Both the position numbers and the translations under genes were made by a program. A stretch of DNA of 64,000 nucleotides. It comes from Eledone cirrhosa. Lineage: Eukaryota. Each line of letters begins with the position of its first letter. The first letter of the stretch is position 1. The notes under the pieces are model-generated. The model saw only the letters and a program-made list of their open reading frames with translations, made no database searches and was not told where the DNA came from. The DNA lies in contig OZ024741.1 of NCBI GenBank assembly GCA_964016885.1, positions 335,668,001 through 335,732,000 on the forward strand. The letters run 5' to 3'. Shown piece by piece: positions 1 through 14,140 of the stretch.

Positions 1-251
1 AATGTTTCCTTGAAAGAACGGGGACTACATGGAATGGAGAGGTTTCTCCGGCTTTGCAGGGATCAAAACAATCTTTCCAAGTGTTGAGGCCACTAGAGAA
101 TGTACTCAATACGCTCTGTTGAATAGTAGGTGATCGGAGAAAATTTAGGCCATAACACTAAAATTCTATCTAGCTTTTGTGTGTATGTATATACACATAT
201 AAATCTACGCTTTCACACACACACACACACACACAGACATACACACACACC

Positions 252-327
<76 letters not shown>

Positions 328-1001
328 TGAATAAATTTATTACAGTTAAGTATTGAGTCGTTATTTTGGAGTTTCACCAGCGCACTTGCAGAATCATCTA
401 TTTAGCCATAATAAATGAATATTTAAACTCTACTTCGGTATTGAGAACGCTTTTCTCTCGCTCGTCAACTACATACGAATATATATATATAAATCCACAC
501 ACAAATATACATATACATACATACACATATAACTGTACATAAATGCAATAAATGTTATGTGTGTGTGTGCATTTTATTTTTACAAAAGCGCGATAATTGT
601 CTGTAGTACAAGGGTAATAACTCAATCATGAATATAGAAGAGTTATTTCCCTTGCATCCCAGCTATGAAAGCTATGATTATAAATTCAGTTAATAGATAC
701 TTCCATATAAGCATTCTATAGTCACCATCGATCGGTTCTAATAATAAAAACAAGAAGAATTTATCATTGATAAATCTGTCTTTCTGTATATATAAAGCAA
801 CCATGTTGGCAATTTGTACATAGTGATCTCCCTTCCGCTTTTCCATCCTCTATGCATACACACACACCCCAGCAGGCCTGCAGATTGTGGCCATGCTGGA
901 GTATCGCTTTAAAAGGGGTATAATTGATATCAAGCCAGTATTTTTTCAGGTTTGGTACTTTATCAATTTATTTTTGTCTGGAGACAAAGAGTATGCCCCC
1001 C

Positions 1002-1041
<40 letters not shown>

Positions 1042-1116
1042 GCACATAGACATATGCATATTTACATCAATATCTATACACACATAGACACATACACACA
1101 AACCCAGTCATATATA

Positions 1117-1535
1117 TAAATATATTCAATTTGTTGGTAATTCAACAAATATAAATGTTTATAACTGATTCAGAGCACTCGACAGATTTTCTGGAGTATA
1201 ATATTCAATAATATTAAATAAATGGAAACTATATTTATAAAACCACATTTATTCTATTATATATATTTGAAGGGTACCAAAACTTTGGTACGCTTTCATC
1301 AGATAAAATACAAAGTTTGTTTTATAAATTTTGACATAACCAAGAAAAGATAGCTTAACGGTTCAAGTTTTCCTTGGATAGTCACGTTAAGGTATCTTTT
1401 CTTGGTTATGTCAAAATTTATAAAACAAACTTTGTATTTTATCTGATGAAAGCGTACCAAAGTTTTGGTACCCTTCAAATATATATAATAGAATAAATGT
1501 GGTTTTATAAATATAGTTTCCATTTATTTAATATT
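1117..1535 (-). mobile_element. Fold-back Penelope/retrozyme-like element, family A, with hammerhead motif
   Basis: 151-bp near-perfect inverted arms at 1210-1360 and 1385-1535 with a 24-bp spacer. Unique tail on the left, TA-rich flanks. Homologous to 19457-19857. Confidence 0.75.
1435..1495 (+). ncRNA. Type I minimal hammerhead ribozyme, core-mutated (GAAA>CAAA); mirrored on the minus strand in the left arm
   Basis: TATTTTAT-CTGATGA-stem II AAGCGTACCAA/TTGGTACCCTT-CAAA-T ATAT A TA-ATAGAATA. Stem I pairs. Confidence 0.6.
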
Positions 1536-1911
1536 GTATATATATTTATATATATATGTGTGTGTATATACTTTAGAGAATACTATATATTCTCAAGAGT
1601 TCTAACGAATGACAGAAGAGAGATACACAACTTGACAAAGGGCAATAGCCTAGAAACAATATTGTTCATTGTTTTTCTCTGTCACTGCTAGAACAAAAGG
1701 ATGGCAATGTTCATCTATAAAACAGCATAATGAGGCTGTTTGTTTGCAAACAAATTGAATATTATTATTGTTCTATATAAAACTCACAAATGCATTTATG
1801 TATCTGTTATGTTAGAGTGAAAAAACTAAATTCTAATGTTGTTTATATATATATATCATCATCGTTTTATGTCAATTTTTCCACACTAGCATGGGTTAGA
1901 CAATATATATA

Positions 1912-2218
1912 ATTTCATTTTCATTTTACGTCTGCTTTTCCCTGCTTGCAAGGGTGGGACGAGAACTGATTCTGGCTTGATTTCTACAGCTGGGTGCCCT
2001 TCCTAACACCAACCTCATTTACAGTGAGTGCTGGGTGCTTTTTTGTCATACACCTCCACAACCACTTTGCAGCTCTACATTTCTACAGCTGAGTAAACTG
2101 GAGCAATGTGAAATAAAGTGTCTTGCTCAAGGAAACAACACATCACCCGGTCTGAGAATTGAACTCACAACCTTTCGATTGCAAGGCCAATGCTCTAACC
2201 ACTAAGCCATGTGCCTCC
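1912..2218 (-). mobile_element. tRNA-derived SINE family A (CORE-like centre, RTE-derived tail)
   Basis: Reverse complement of GGAGGCACATGGCTTAGTGG...GTTCAATTC...CCTTGAGCAAGACACTT. Matches copies at 20067, 20944, 55093 and 60747. Confidence 0.85.
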
Positions 2219-5200
2219 ATATATATTTTATATATATATCATCATCATCATCACCGTTTTACGTCCGTTCTTCCACGCTATATATATATATATACACACA
2301 TACACAGAAAAAAACATAGACATATACATATATAGCCATATCTACAGGCACATACACACATACATTGAATATATATATATATTGTATGAAATATTTGCTA
2401 TACTTCAACACAGCATGAACCGAACATTTCAGTACGGAGGTGTATTTTCATGTTTAATAACATATAATAATCTTAACGAGGAACAAAAATTTGGAGTAAC
2501 ACTCCCAGGTTCTTGGCATCACAGCATGACCATAGGAACTGACTTGAATTTATGTTTCAGTAATTGTTTTTATCAGTTTTTGCTTCCATTTTTTTCTCAG
2601 CTTGTAGCTATTTGAGAAATTCATTTTAGTTTACATGTGGGTAATCTAATTTTCATACAGCATGGAAGTTTACAAATATGTTAGCACAGCATGGAATATA
2701 TGAAATCCACTGTACTAAATTAGGGTTTTCTTTTTTATTAAATAAATTTGTTGTGGAATAAACCCTGGGGATATACCTCATGTTCACAGTAGTTGGCATA
2801 CTCTTGGAAACAAATAAGGAGAGAATGTTTTCTTGCATTAATCGCTAATAATGTTTCACCTAGTTATTATAATTATCATAAATATATATATTGAAAGTTT
2901 AACAAAATTATTATTGAAATTCAGCCATGACTGCATGCTCCTGTGTGTACCCAGTTTAGAAAGGGTGCACAATTTCTTTGTGCTTGTAAGGGGTGAATAT
3001 AAAGGTTTGGGACCAGAAAACATTGCCTTAGATAAAAAAAAAAAAAAGTGTAATTGGGTTTGATAAAAATGAACCATTCCAAGTAATGGAGTCTTTTCTT
3101 CCTCTAATCTCTCTCTCTCTCTCTCTCCTTTTTTGGAAGAAATAATCTGTGTTTAGACCTGGAGAGTGATGAGCTTTGCCAAGTTTAAAGTTGCCAAGAT
3201 TTGCTGTATGTAACAACACTGCTTTACGACTCCATCAGGAGTTACAGGTCCTTATGTACATATACAATCCATGTTCTATAGTTTAAATTCACAACCTAAT
3301 CCTTTACTACCTTTATTAGAATCCTGCCTGTTACAAGAATTTGAGCTAGCTTTGCAGTAAGAGGGTCATTTCTTCTTTTCCCTTTTCTATCAGTCTCAGA
3401 AGTTCTGAAAAGCCCTTGGACATTGCCCTTCCTCCTCTCAGTCGAAAATAGAATAAATTAAACCCTCTTGATTTTTAATGTAGACACAAAAAAACACATT
3501 TAAGTGTGTATGTGTGTTGTTTTTATTGTCTCCACTATTTGAGGTGGCAAATTAGCAGTCAGTAGAACGTCAAATAGTGAGCTGTTTGGTAGTTGTTCTG
3601 GCTCTCTGCTCTCTGAGTTCAAATCCCACCATGGTCAACTTTGGCTTTCATTCTTTTGAGGTTGGTCGATTCTTCTTCTATATCTCTTTTTCACTTCTTT
3701 CTATTCTTCTCTGGAAGAAATCTGCTGTGTTCAGACCGGGAGAGGAAATGGACCACCAGGTTTTAAAATGCCCAAGAAATGCTGTATGCCACTATGGCTC
3801 CCCTACACCTCCATCAGGAGTTTTGGAACTGTACTATACCATACTATTAGACTGATACTTATTTTAGTGGTCTACAGGAGGATGAATGGTATACATTTTT
3901 TTAAAAATTCATCTCTTCATTATAATTCACGTTCATTACCTTCACTTGCTCTGTATCATCTACCATTGCCTTCGCTTCTGTTCATCTTTTTCATCACATA
4001 GCCTAGAATGAATGGAGACAGTAGTGAACACTCTTTAGTCTTGCAACATTACCAGTGCTGGTGCCGTAATAAAATGCACCCAATACATTCTGTAAAGTTG
4101 ATGGTGTTAGGAAGGGTTTTCCAGCCATAGTATGTATCTATGTATTGTACAAGAGAGTTGTAGGGGTACCATATTGATATACAACATTTTTTAAAGCTGG
4201 TGGAGCACATCTCCAGGTCTGAATTCAACAGAGTTCTTCCAGAGAAGGATAGAAAGTAAAAGAATGGAAGTGAGAAAGAGATATAGAGGAAGAATCGACC
4301 TCAATATTAGACTGGTACTTACTTTTATCAACCTTGTATGGATGAAAGGCAAAGTAACCATGCTAAAAATAAGTCGTAAAAAGAATACCGGCTTCTAATC
4401 AGTCGAGGAAGGCAGTAACTCCAAATAAGAACTGCCTTGGGCTGTGGCAACCTGTCCAACCAATGCCAGCATAGAAAGCAACTGTAAAATGATGATGATG
4501 ATGATACACGTGATAGGATTCCATGTAGGTTGTAGTGTTTGGTTAGCTTACAATATTTTAATGAAAACCATCCCATAGGTTACTAAAGAAGAGATGGCTA
4601 TCTCCTACAATGGTGTTGTTGTCGTTACTCTTCTTCTTATTATTATTATTCAAAGTAATGATATGTTAAAATACGGCTCCCTTAGGAGTTATTCTTGAGT
4701 TGTAAATCTAAAACAAACACCTAACAATGGTGTGCAGTTTACTAGATTACAAAAGCATCAGAGCTTACATTGTAAAACAGAAATCACTTACTACAGGATT
4801 AAAGATATACTATAGTTATATATTGACAACAAGGTTGTTAGATTGTAGCATTAAAAACACCAGAGTGTTAATAAAGACAACAAATAGATAAACAAGTGAA
4901 AGAAAAAAAAAATTAAGGCCAGGCTGGCCAATCCAGGTATATGTGATTATTATTATTATTTTTTTTTTTTTTAAAGGATCTATTTGGATACTTAGCGCCT
5001 AGCAAACAATAAAATATCATGTTATAACTAAATAAACAACAAACTGTTTTATTGAAACAATCAAGAACAGTGTCAGCCCAGAAAAAGTGTTACAATGAAA
5101 CAACCAGGATCAATAACGCTAAAAAGTTGTATTATGTGATACAACAACAGTAATAATAATAATAATAATAATGATGATAATAATACCAATAACAACAACA

Positions 5201-5334
5201 ATAATGATAATGGTAACAATGATAATAATAATAAAAATAACAACAATAATATTAAGAATAACAGCAACAATATTAACAATAACAACAAGAAGAACAATAA
5301 TAATAATATTAATAAAATACTAATAATAATACAT

Positions 5335-6112
5335 AATTGTTTCTACTTTTGGCACAAGGCCAGAAATTACCCAGTGCATTACTGGTACTTTATTTTATCG
5401 ACCCCGTAAGGATGAAAGGCAAAGTCAACCTCGGCGGTATTTGAACTCAGATCATAAAGGGACGTAACTAATAATAATTGTTTCTACTTTAGGCACAAGG
5501 CCAGCAATTACCCAGTGCATTACTGGTACTTTATTTTATTGACCCCGTAAGGATGAAAGGCAAAGTCAACCTCGGCGGTATTTGAACTCAGATCGTAAAG
5601 GGACGTAACTAAAATTTTTGTTTCTATTTTAGTCACAAGGCCAGCAATTACCCAGTGCATTACTGTACCTTATTTTATCGACCCCGTAAGGACGTAACTA
5701 ATAATAATACATAATGATTTGTTTTATTGGCCACAAGGGCCCAAACCATCGGGGACAATACTAAAACAAAAAACAACAAACAACAATATCAATAATAATA
5801 CGAACACTAGTAATAATGATTTCTAGTATAGGCACAAGGCCAGCAATTTGGGGGAAGGGGAAAGTCGATTAAATCGACCCCAGTAAGGACGAAAGGCAAA
5901 GTTAACCTCGGCTTGATTTGAACTTAGGACGCAAAGGGCCATAACTCTATGCTGCAATGCATGGTGTATGACACCCTACCGATACTGCCAAACAACTGCC
6001 AGATATTACCAATATTATAGTTGTTTCTACTTTTGGCACAAGGCCAGAAATGATAGCAGTACATTACTGGTACTTTATTTTATCGACCCCGTAAGGATGA
6101 AAGGCAAAGTTA
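5335..6112 (-). mobile_element. Tandem cluster of SINE family B (Nin-domain-like) fragments in (AAT)n
   Basis: Repeated GTTTCTACTTTTGGCACAAGGCCAG...GGTACTTTATTTTATCGACCCCGTAAGGATGAAAGGCAAAG units. Confidence 0.8.
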
Positions 6113-6700
6113 ATACCAAAACCAATAATAATGGTAACAATAACAACAATAATAATACATATTAATAATACCAAACCAATAATAATGGTAACAATAACAA
6201 CAATAATAATACATATTAATAATACCAAACCAATAATAATGGTAACAATAACAACAATAATAATACATATTAATAATACCAAACCAATAATAATGGTAAC
6301 AATAACAACAATAATAATACATATTAATAATACCAAACCAATAATAATGGTAACAATAACAACAATAATAATACATATTAATAATACCAAACCAATAATA
6401 ATGGTAACAATAACAACAATAATAATACATATTAATAATACCAAACCAATAATAATGGTAACAATAACAACAATAATAATACATATTAATAATACCAAAC
6501 CAATAATAATGGTAACAATAACAACAATAATAATACATATTAATAATACCAAACCAATAATAATGGTAACAATAACAACAATAATAATACATATTAATAA
6601 TACCAAACCAATAATAATGGTAACAATAACAACAATAATAATACATATTAATAATACCAAAACAATAATAATGGTAACAAAAACAATAACAACAATAATA
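6112..6700. repeat. 54-bp minisatellite, about 11 copies
   Basis: Unit AATACCAAACCAATAATAATGGTAACAATAACAACAATAATAATACATATTAAT. Gives the 18-aa period seen in the ORF track. Confidence 0.95.
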
Positions 6701-7034
6701 ATAGATAATGCCAATAATAAGAATATTAATAAGATAAATGGAAATTATCAATGTTTGTAGTGGAAGAGTAAAAACAATAAAGTTAATAATATACAGTGAC
6801 ACAATAACAAACTAAAACAAACCAATGACAGCAACAACAACGACAGCAACAGCAACTAAAACAACAATAACAGCAACATAAAACCCATGTAAATATAGTG
6901 TCAATATAAAACCATTAAAATAATGTATTCAAAAATACAGGAAGGAAACAAATATTGAAGGTTGTATCAATGAAAACTGATATTAATGTATTATATTGCT
7001 GAAATAAGAACCTTCCTTTTCTATCCCTACCCAC

Positions 7035-7238
7035 TCTCTTTCTCTCTCTCTCTCATATATATACACACACACCCATCTCTCTCTCTCTCATATATATATA
7101 TATACACACACACTCACACACACCCATCTCTCTCTCTCTCATATATATATATACACACACACTCACACACACCCATCTCTCTCTCTCTCATATATATATA
7201 TACACACACACACTCACACACACCCATCTCTCTCTCTC

Positions 7239-7274
<36 letters not shown>

Positions 7275-7289
7275 CCATCTCTCTCTCTC

Positions 7290-7367
<78 letters not shown>

Positions 7368-7624
7368 CACACACACACTCACACACACCCATCTCTCTCT
7401 CTCATATATATACACACACACTCACACACACCCATCTCTCTCTCTCTCATATATATATATACACACACACTCACACACACCCATCTCTCTCTCTCTCATA
7501 TATATACACACACACACTCACACACCCATCTCTCTCTCTCTCTCATATATATACACACACACACACTCACACACATCTCTCTCTCTCTCATATATATATA
7601 CACACACACACTCACACACACACA

Positions 7625-7655
<31 letters not shown>

Positions 7656-8001
7656 CACACACACTCACACACAACCATCTCTCTCTCTCATATATATATA
7701 TACACACACACACTCACACCCATCTCTCTCTCTCTCTCTCTCATATATATACACACACACACTCACACACATCCATCTCTCTCTCTCTCTCTCATATATA
7801 TACACACACACACACACCCATCTCTCTCTCTCTCATATATATATACACACACACACACACCCATCTCTCTCTCTCTCATATATATATACACACACACACT
7901 CACACACCCATCTCTCTCTCTCTCTCATATATATATACACACACACACACACCCATCTCTCTCTCTCTCATATATATATACACACACACACTCACACACA
8001 C

Positions 8002-8074
<73 letters not shown>

Positions 8075-8075
8075 A

Positions 8076-8106
<31 letters not shown>

Positions 8107-8148
8107 CACACACACACTCACACACACCCATCTCTCTCTCTCTCTCTC

Positions 8149-8180
<32 letters not shown>

Positions 8181-8205
8181 CCATCTCTCTCATATATATA
8201 TATAT
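7035..8205. repeat. Compound (CT)n-(AT)n-(AC)n higher-order microsatellite array
   Basis: Repeated CCCATC(TC)n-(AT)n-(AC)n blocks. Confidence 0.95.
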
Positions 8206-8211
8206 AATATA

Positions 8212-8694
8212 GTGCAGAGCACTAGAAGTCGATGGAAACCGCGGAGTGGGGAGACCCAAGATGACCTGGGATGAGGTGATAAAAGCCGACCTTACCCAAT
8301 TACACCTCTCAAAGGCGATGACACACAACCGTGACATCTGGCATCACGCAATAATACAGAGTACCCGACCTCCCATGGGTACAAGCTGAAGCATATAGAC
8401 AATATGCCCCCACACCCCCCACTGCAAGGTGGTCGTGGAGGTGCCACGGCAAAAAATCACCCAGCCCACACTGGAAAGTGGACGTGTAGGCGCCACGAAA
8501 AAGCACCCAGCACTCACTGTAAATGAGGTTGGTGTTAGGATGGGCATCCAGCTGTAGAAATCAAGCCAGAATCAGTTCCCGTATGAGCAAGACATGGTCA
8601 GCCGACCATACACTGCCCACAACAGGACAACCCGTCTAACCCATGCTAGCGTGGAAGAACGGACGTAAAACGGTGATGATGATGATGATAATGA

Positions 8695-8697
<3 letters not shown>
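8212..8697 (+). mobile_element. 5'-truncated RTE-clade LINE 3' fragment
   Basis: Close match to 34934-35418 (ALEVDG.RGVGRPK.TW). (GAT)n tail; lies between (TA)n tracts. Confidence 0.85.
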
Positions 8698-8755
<58 letters not shown>

Positions 8756-8759
8756 TTTC

Positions 8760-8802
<43 letters not shown>

Positions 8803-8809
<7 letters not shown>

Positions 8810-11800
8810 TGCCCCCTCGTTATCGAGTATGGCCATTGCACGAGAAAAAAAAAAATAAATAAATAAATAAATAAATAAATTAAAAAAAAAAGAAATATAT
8901 ATATATATATACATATACATACACATATACACACACACACACACACCCACACACATATACACACACACATACATTAATAACAATAATAATAATAATAATA
9001 ATAACGACAACAACAATAATAATATACATATACATATATATATACACACACACGCACACACATAAGCGTATCTACACACACACACACACACGATAGCAAC
9101 TAACAGCGCTGCGATCGAATGTGGCTTTTTAGCCCAGCCAATGATCTAAAATGTCTTGCACAGAGTCGGCAACCAAAACATTCACTGGGAATGGTCGGCT
9201 GTGGTTGGAGTTCGTGTACTTTTGCATGTCGCTTGAGCCCTCCTGCTGATTTACATTCTCTACCACATGTTTGGCAAGCATGATGAGTAGCATCTCCAAC
9301 AGCAGCCTGGTAGTCAACCACTGGTCTTACTTTATGACTGCGAAGATGACTTTTAGTCCAGCTTTGCTTAGGCAGAGTCTCGCACATACGCTGCATGTCA
9401 GCATCATAGGAGGACCCTCGCCGTCTGGAAGTGCAACAGCAATGCCCTTCCTCGCATCCCGCTTTACTTTCTCGTATGCGATTCGAGATGCCTCAAAGGC
9501 AACTTTTCCCTCATATACAGTCTTTCTCCATTTATTGCGATCAGCAGCAATATTCTCCCGTGTATCAGCAGAGATGTTAGCGTCTTTCAGAGAGGATTTC
9601 AAGGAATCCTTATACCTCTTTTTTGGTTTATGTGGCGGTCGTTTTCCTTTAACCAACTCTCCATAAAAGAGTTGTTTTGGTATTCTAGAATCCTTCATCC
9701 TGGCAAGGTGACCACTCCAACGGAGTCGTTGCTTAAGCACAAGAGCTTCTATACTGTCACACATAGAGCTTTCCAAAATCTCGACATCACTGATGTGGTC
9801 CCTCCAGTGAACGCCATGGATCCGTCTGAGACACATCTGATGGAAACGCTCCAATTGCTTAAGGTGGTGTTGATATGTGACCCAGGTCTCGCAGGCATAA
9901 AGAAGACAAGAGAGCACACATGCCCTGTACACCTTTACCTTTGTCCTCCTGCATATGTCTCGCCGACCCCAGAGTCGCCTTTCTAGCTTTCCGAAAGCAT
10001 CACTTGCTTTCCTAATCCTAAGTGAGATTTCACTGTCAAGGTTGCTGTATCGATTGACAGTGCTTCCCAGGTAGACAAACTGATCAACCACTCCAAGTCG
10101 TTTGCCATACACATAGATGTTTGGTTCAGTGTACTGCTTACTAGGGGCAGGTTGGTACATGACGACGGTTTTCTTGAGACTGACAGTCAGACCTAGGGCA
10201 GTGCAAGCGTCAGAAAATGCATTCAAAATGTGCTGCATATCACTCTCTGTGTGCGCTACAAGATCGCAATCATCTGCATACAAGAGGTCTCTTATGATTG
10301 ATGTAAACACTTTTGTCTTCGCAGCAAAGCGCCTGATGTTAAATATGCTGCCTGAGGTTCGATATCGGATGTAAACACCATGCTCGCAATTCCTGAATGC
10401 AATACAGAAAACCATTGCAAAGTATATGGCAAACAGGGTCGGTGCTGGAATATCCCCCTGCTTCACTCCATTTTTTATTGAGATAGGCTCCGACATGTTA
10501 CCCGTTACCCCCGACATTAACCAAAGCCTTCATGTCGTCATGGAAAGACCTAACTAAAACAAGGAACTTATCAGGGCAACCAAGTTTCTGGAGAACCTTC
10601 CATAATGCATCTCTGTTAACAGTATCAAAAGCTTTTGTCAGATCGACAAAAACCTGATACAGATCCAAGCCTTGTTCCATGCACTTCTCCTGGAGCTGTC
10701 TAGCTGAGAAGATCATATCAGTAGTGCCGCGTCCAGCACGAAAACCAGATTGACTTTCAGGAAGAACACAATCTGCAATGTGTGTCAGCAGACGGTCCAG
10801 AAGCATCCTACATAAAACTTTCCCTACGACAGAAAGCAATGATATACCTCTGTAGTTCCCACAATCGTTCCTGTTACCCTTTCCCTTGTACAAGACCACC
10901 ATTACTGCATCTCTCCAGTCCTCAGGTACGGATTCATAAGCCCATATCCTGCCAAACAAAGAGTGAAGATGTTGCAGGAGTCTCTCACCACCATATTGTA
11001 GGAGCTCAGCATGTATGCCATCCATACCTGGAGATCTTCCACTGTTCAGCTTCGAAATAGCCACTGCAACCTCCACAAGCGTCGGAGGTTCTGCGAGAGC
11101 TACTTTCACAGGACTTTCTGGAACGAGATTGAAGAAATCTTCACTGACGACAGACGGCTGATTCAAAAGATCATCAAAGTGCTCTCGCCACCTTCGTAGA
11201 ATTCCTTGTGAGTCACGAAGAAGTTCTTTGCCATCCTTGCTGCGAAGCGGTGTCACCAGAGAAGAAGACGGTCCATAAACCTCACGCAAGAGACTGTACA
11301 ACAGCTTTGTGTTATTGGAATCAGACGCAGTTTGTATCTCACCAGCCTTCTCACTCCACCACTGATCCTTCATCTGAGAAAGACTCCGCCTAACACGTGA
11401 TTTTACATCCCTGAGTTCCTCATGCAACGTATTCCTCTCCTGTGGTTTTGCCGTCAAGTAGCGTGACAGAGCACGCCTCTTATCAGCCAACAAGTCTTCT
11501 ATATGTACATCATTCTCATTAAACCAGTCCTGATGTCTCCTCTGCGCCAATCCCAGAACACGCCTGCCTACATCATAAACCGACTTTTTAAGGGTCGGCC
11601 AATCCTCACCAAGATCTGCAGCCTGCATCTCTTCTTCCAATGTCTTCTTCACATTTTTATCCTTAAGACGAGCAGCATTCAATCTTTTGGGCAGGGCAAC
11701 ACCAGGAGCCCGGATTTTACGTTTAGTGATTAGTTTCATTTTTGCGCGTACCAGGCGGTGGTCCGTCCAACACTCAGCTCCACGAAGAACACGAACACAC

Positions 11801-12684
11801 TGCACATCCTGTCTGTCACGCATCCTGACTAGGACGTAGTCCAAAAGATGCCATTCCGTAGATGCAGGATGCATCCATGAGGTCTTGAATTTGTTCTTTT
11901 GTTGGAACATGGTGTTGGTAACACACAGATCCAGCTCCTCACACATCTGCAGCAGGAGCATACCATTGCTGTTACACTTTCCCACCCCATGCCTTCCGAT
12001 TACATTCCATGTGTTAAAATCTCTACCCACTCTAGCATTAAAGTCACCAAGCACGATGACTTTGTCTGCCTGAGGGATATTTCTTAAAACACCTTTCAAG
12101 GCATGGTAAAAGGACATCTTTTCCTCATCGACAGAACTCATAGTTAGAGCATACACACTCACTAGGGTAGCATATCTTCCCTTGTCCAGCGGAACTCTCA
12201 TGGACATAAGACGCTCACTAATCCCTACTGGGAATTCTTCTAATTTGTTCACAAGCACAGTCTTAACAGCAAATCCTACCCCAGCCTCTCTTCTGGCTCC
12301 TTCATCTCTTCCTTTCCAGAAGAATGTATATTCTCCACAAAATTCCGTAAGATGACCATCTCCAGCTAGCCTCGTCTCAGATAAAGCCACGATGTCAAGA
12401 TCGTAACGTCGAAGCTCCTTTGCAACAAGAGCGGTCCTTCGTTCAGGACGCCCCAAGGAATCCCTGTCAAGCAGCGTCCGTACGTTCCAGCAGCCAAGAC
12501 TAAATGCCTTGTTTGGCTCTATTACAATGGCACGATGACGAGCGGGCCCAGGCTGTGATAACCTGGAGCCCCTGCCCTTATTGCCAATGATCTTTTTTGT
12601 TCCAGAACCTAAATTGCCAATTATCTCTTTTATATTGTTCTGGAGCATCATTGAATTTGAAAAAAAAAAAAAAAAAAAGTAATA

Positions 12685-12715
<31 letters not shown>

Positions 12716-13021
12716 TAGTACACTATTAATAATTATTAATGCACTCGTGCAATGCCTGTGCGTGACGAATATTTTTAAAGTGAGGAAAGACTGTGCACTG
12801 AGCCAATCCCACTCTCTGAGCGACAGTAGCTATAACCCGAAAAGAAGAAAAGATCAACATCATCGGTAACTACTGAGCCGCAGGTTTTATGTCGGAGTTA
12901 ACCAGTTTCCTGAGATGCCTTCTCCTAGAAGAATGCCCTGACAAGGGCTAGGGGTTCTTCACTCGCAGTGGTTTAACTGCGCAATCGGGCATCCAGCCCG
13001 ATTATTTCTATGTCCCCGCGC
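8803..13021 (-). mobile_element. Near full-length RTE-clade LINE
   Basis: 5'UTR with CTAGGAGAAGG motif, then EN-RT-zinc finger coding region. 3' end GGCCATACTCGATAACGAGGGGGCAGCCATC runs into (AT)n. Confidence 0.92.
9100..12649 (-). pseudogene. RTE ORF: APE endonuclease + reverse transcriptase + three C2H2 fingers, with two frameshifts
   Basis: Motifs WNVRTL, SETRL, GDFNARVG, TDHRLV, NYRGISLLS, QSGFR, DLTKAFD, GVKQG, LLYADD, LRWSGH. Frameshifts: 7-bp GTTACCC duplication at 10497-10510 and a 1-nt loss in the homopolymer at 9351-9354. Confidence 0.92.
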
Positions 13022-13298
13022 AAAAAAAAAAAAAAAAAAAAAGTACGTATAAGTGTCAATAAGTGATATATATATATATCACTTATTGACACTTATAGGT
13101 ACTTTTTTTTTTTTTTTTTTTTTGCGCGGGGACATAGAAATAATCGGGCTGGATGCCCGATCGCGCAGTTAAACCACTGCGAGTGAAGAACCCCTAGCCC
13201 TTGTCAGAGAGTTAGAGAGAGAGGGGTAGATGGTGGTGTAAAGAGAGATGGCGGTGTGTATGTATGTATATATATATATGTGTGTGTATGTATATGTG

Positions 13299-13340
<42 letters not shown>

Positions 13341-13431
13341 TATACATACACACACATATATATATATATACATACATACACACCGCCATCTCTCTTTACA
13401 CCACCATCTACCCCTTTCTCTCTAACTCTCT
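12938..13431. repeat. Two abutting palindromes, each centred on (TA)n
   Basis: 12938-13207 and 13206-13431 are each self-complementary with a few substitutions. They share AG at the junction. Confidence 0.9.
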
Positions 13432-14140
13432 TTATATTTTCACTTCTCTCTCTCTCCCTCCCTCTCTCTCCCTCTCTCTCTCTCTCTAATGTCTTCATCA
13501 TTGTAATAAGATTAGTCAGTGTTCCATGTTGCTGTTGGTGCTGGTAGTGTTGGTGATGATTGTCATGTTGATAGTGTTGCTGGTGTAGATTGTGTTGTTG
13601 GTGGTCACAGTGGGGTGGTGATGGTGTTGGTGGTGTTGGTGTTGGTAGTGTTGGTGGTGATGGTCATGTTGATAGTGTTGCTGGTGTAGATTGTGTTGTT
13701 GGTGGTCACAGTGGGGTGGTGATGGTGTTGGTGGTGTTGGTGTTGGTAGTGTTGGTGGTGATGGTCGTGTTTGTGATGATGTTGATGCTGGTGTTGGTGA
13801 TGTTAATGATGTTGTTATTATAGATGTAGGAAATCCATTGTATGCTAGATGTCATAGAATAGAAGTACATCAGATGGTAGCATTATAGATAATCAGGCTA
13901 GGAGATAATTATTGTTCAATATTGTTAGTAAGTTTTAAGTTTCAAGATTTCTAAACTGAAAATGTGTGAAGTGGTTAGAGTTGATAAACCTATAATCAGG
14001 GCAACTTATATTATATACACAAAGACTAGTGGAGCAGTGCTGTCAATAATGATGGCAATAGCATTGAGTATATATAGGTTTTGGAGTCCAGGATTGGTAT
14101 GTCAAATATCCAGGATTATTGCATATATATATATATATAT

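Noticed and set aside
6064-8212. 200-400 aa ORFs
   Set aside because: Translations of a 54-bp minisatellite and dinucleotide arrays.
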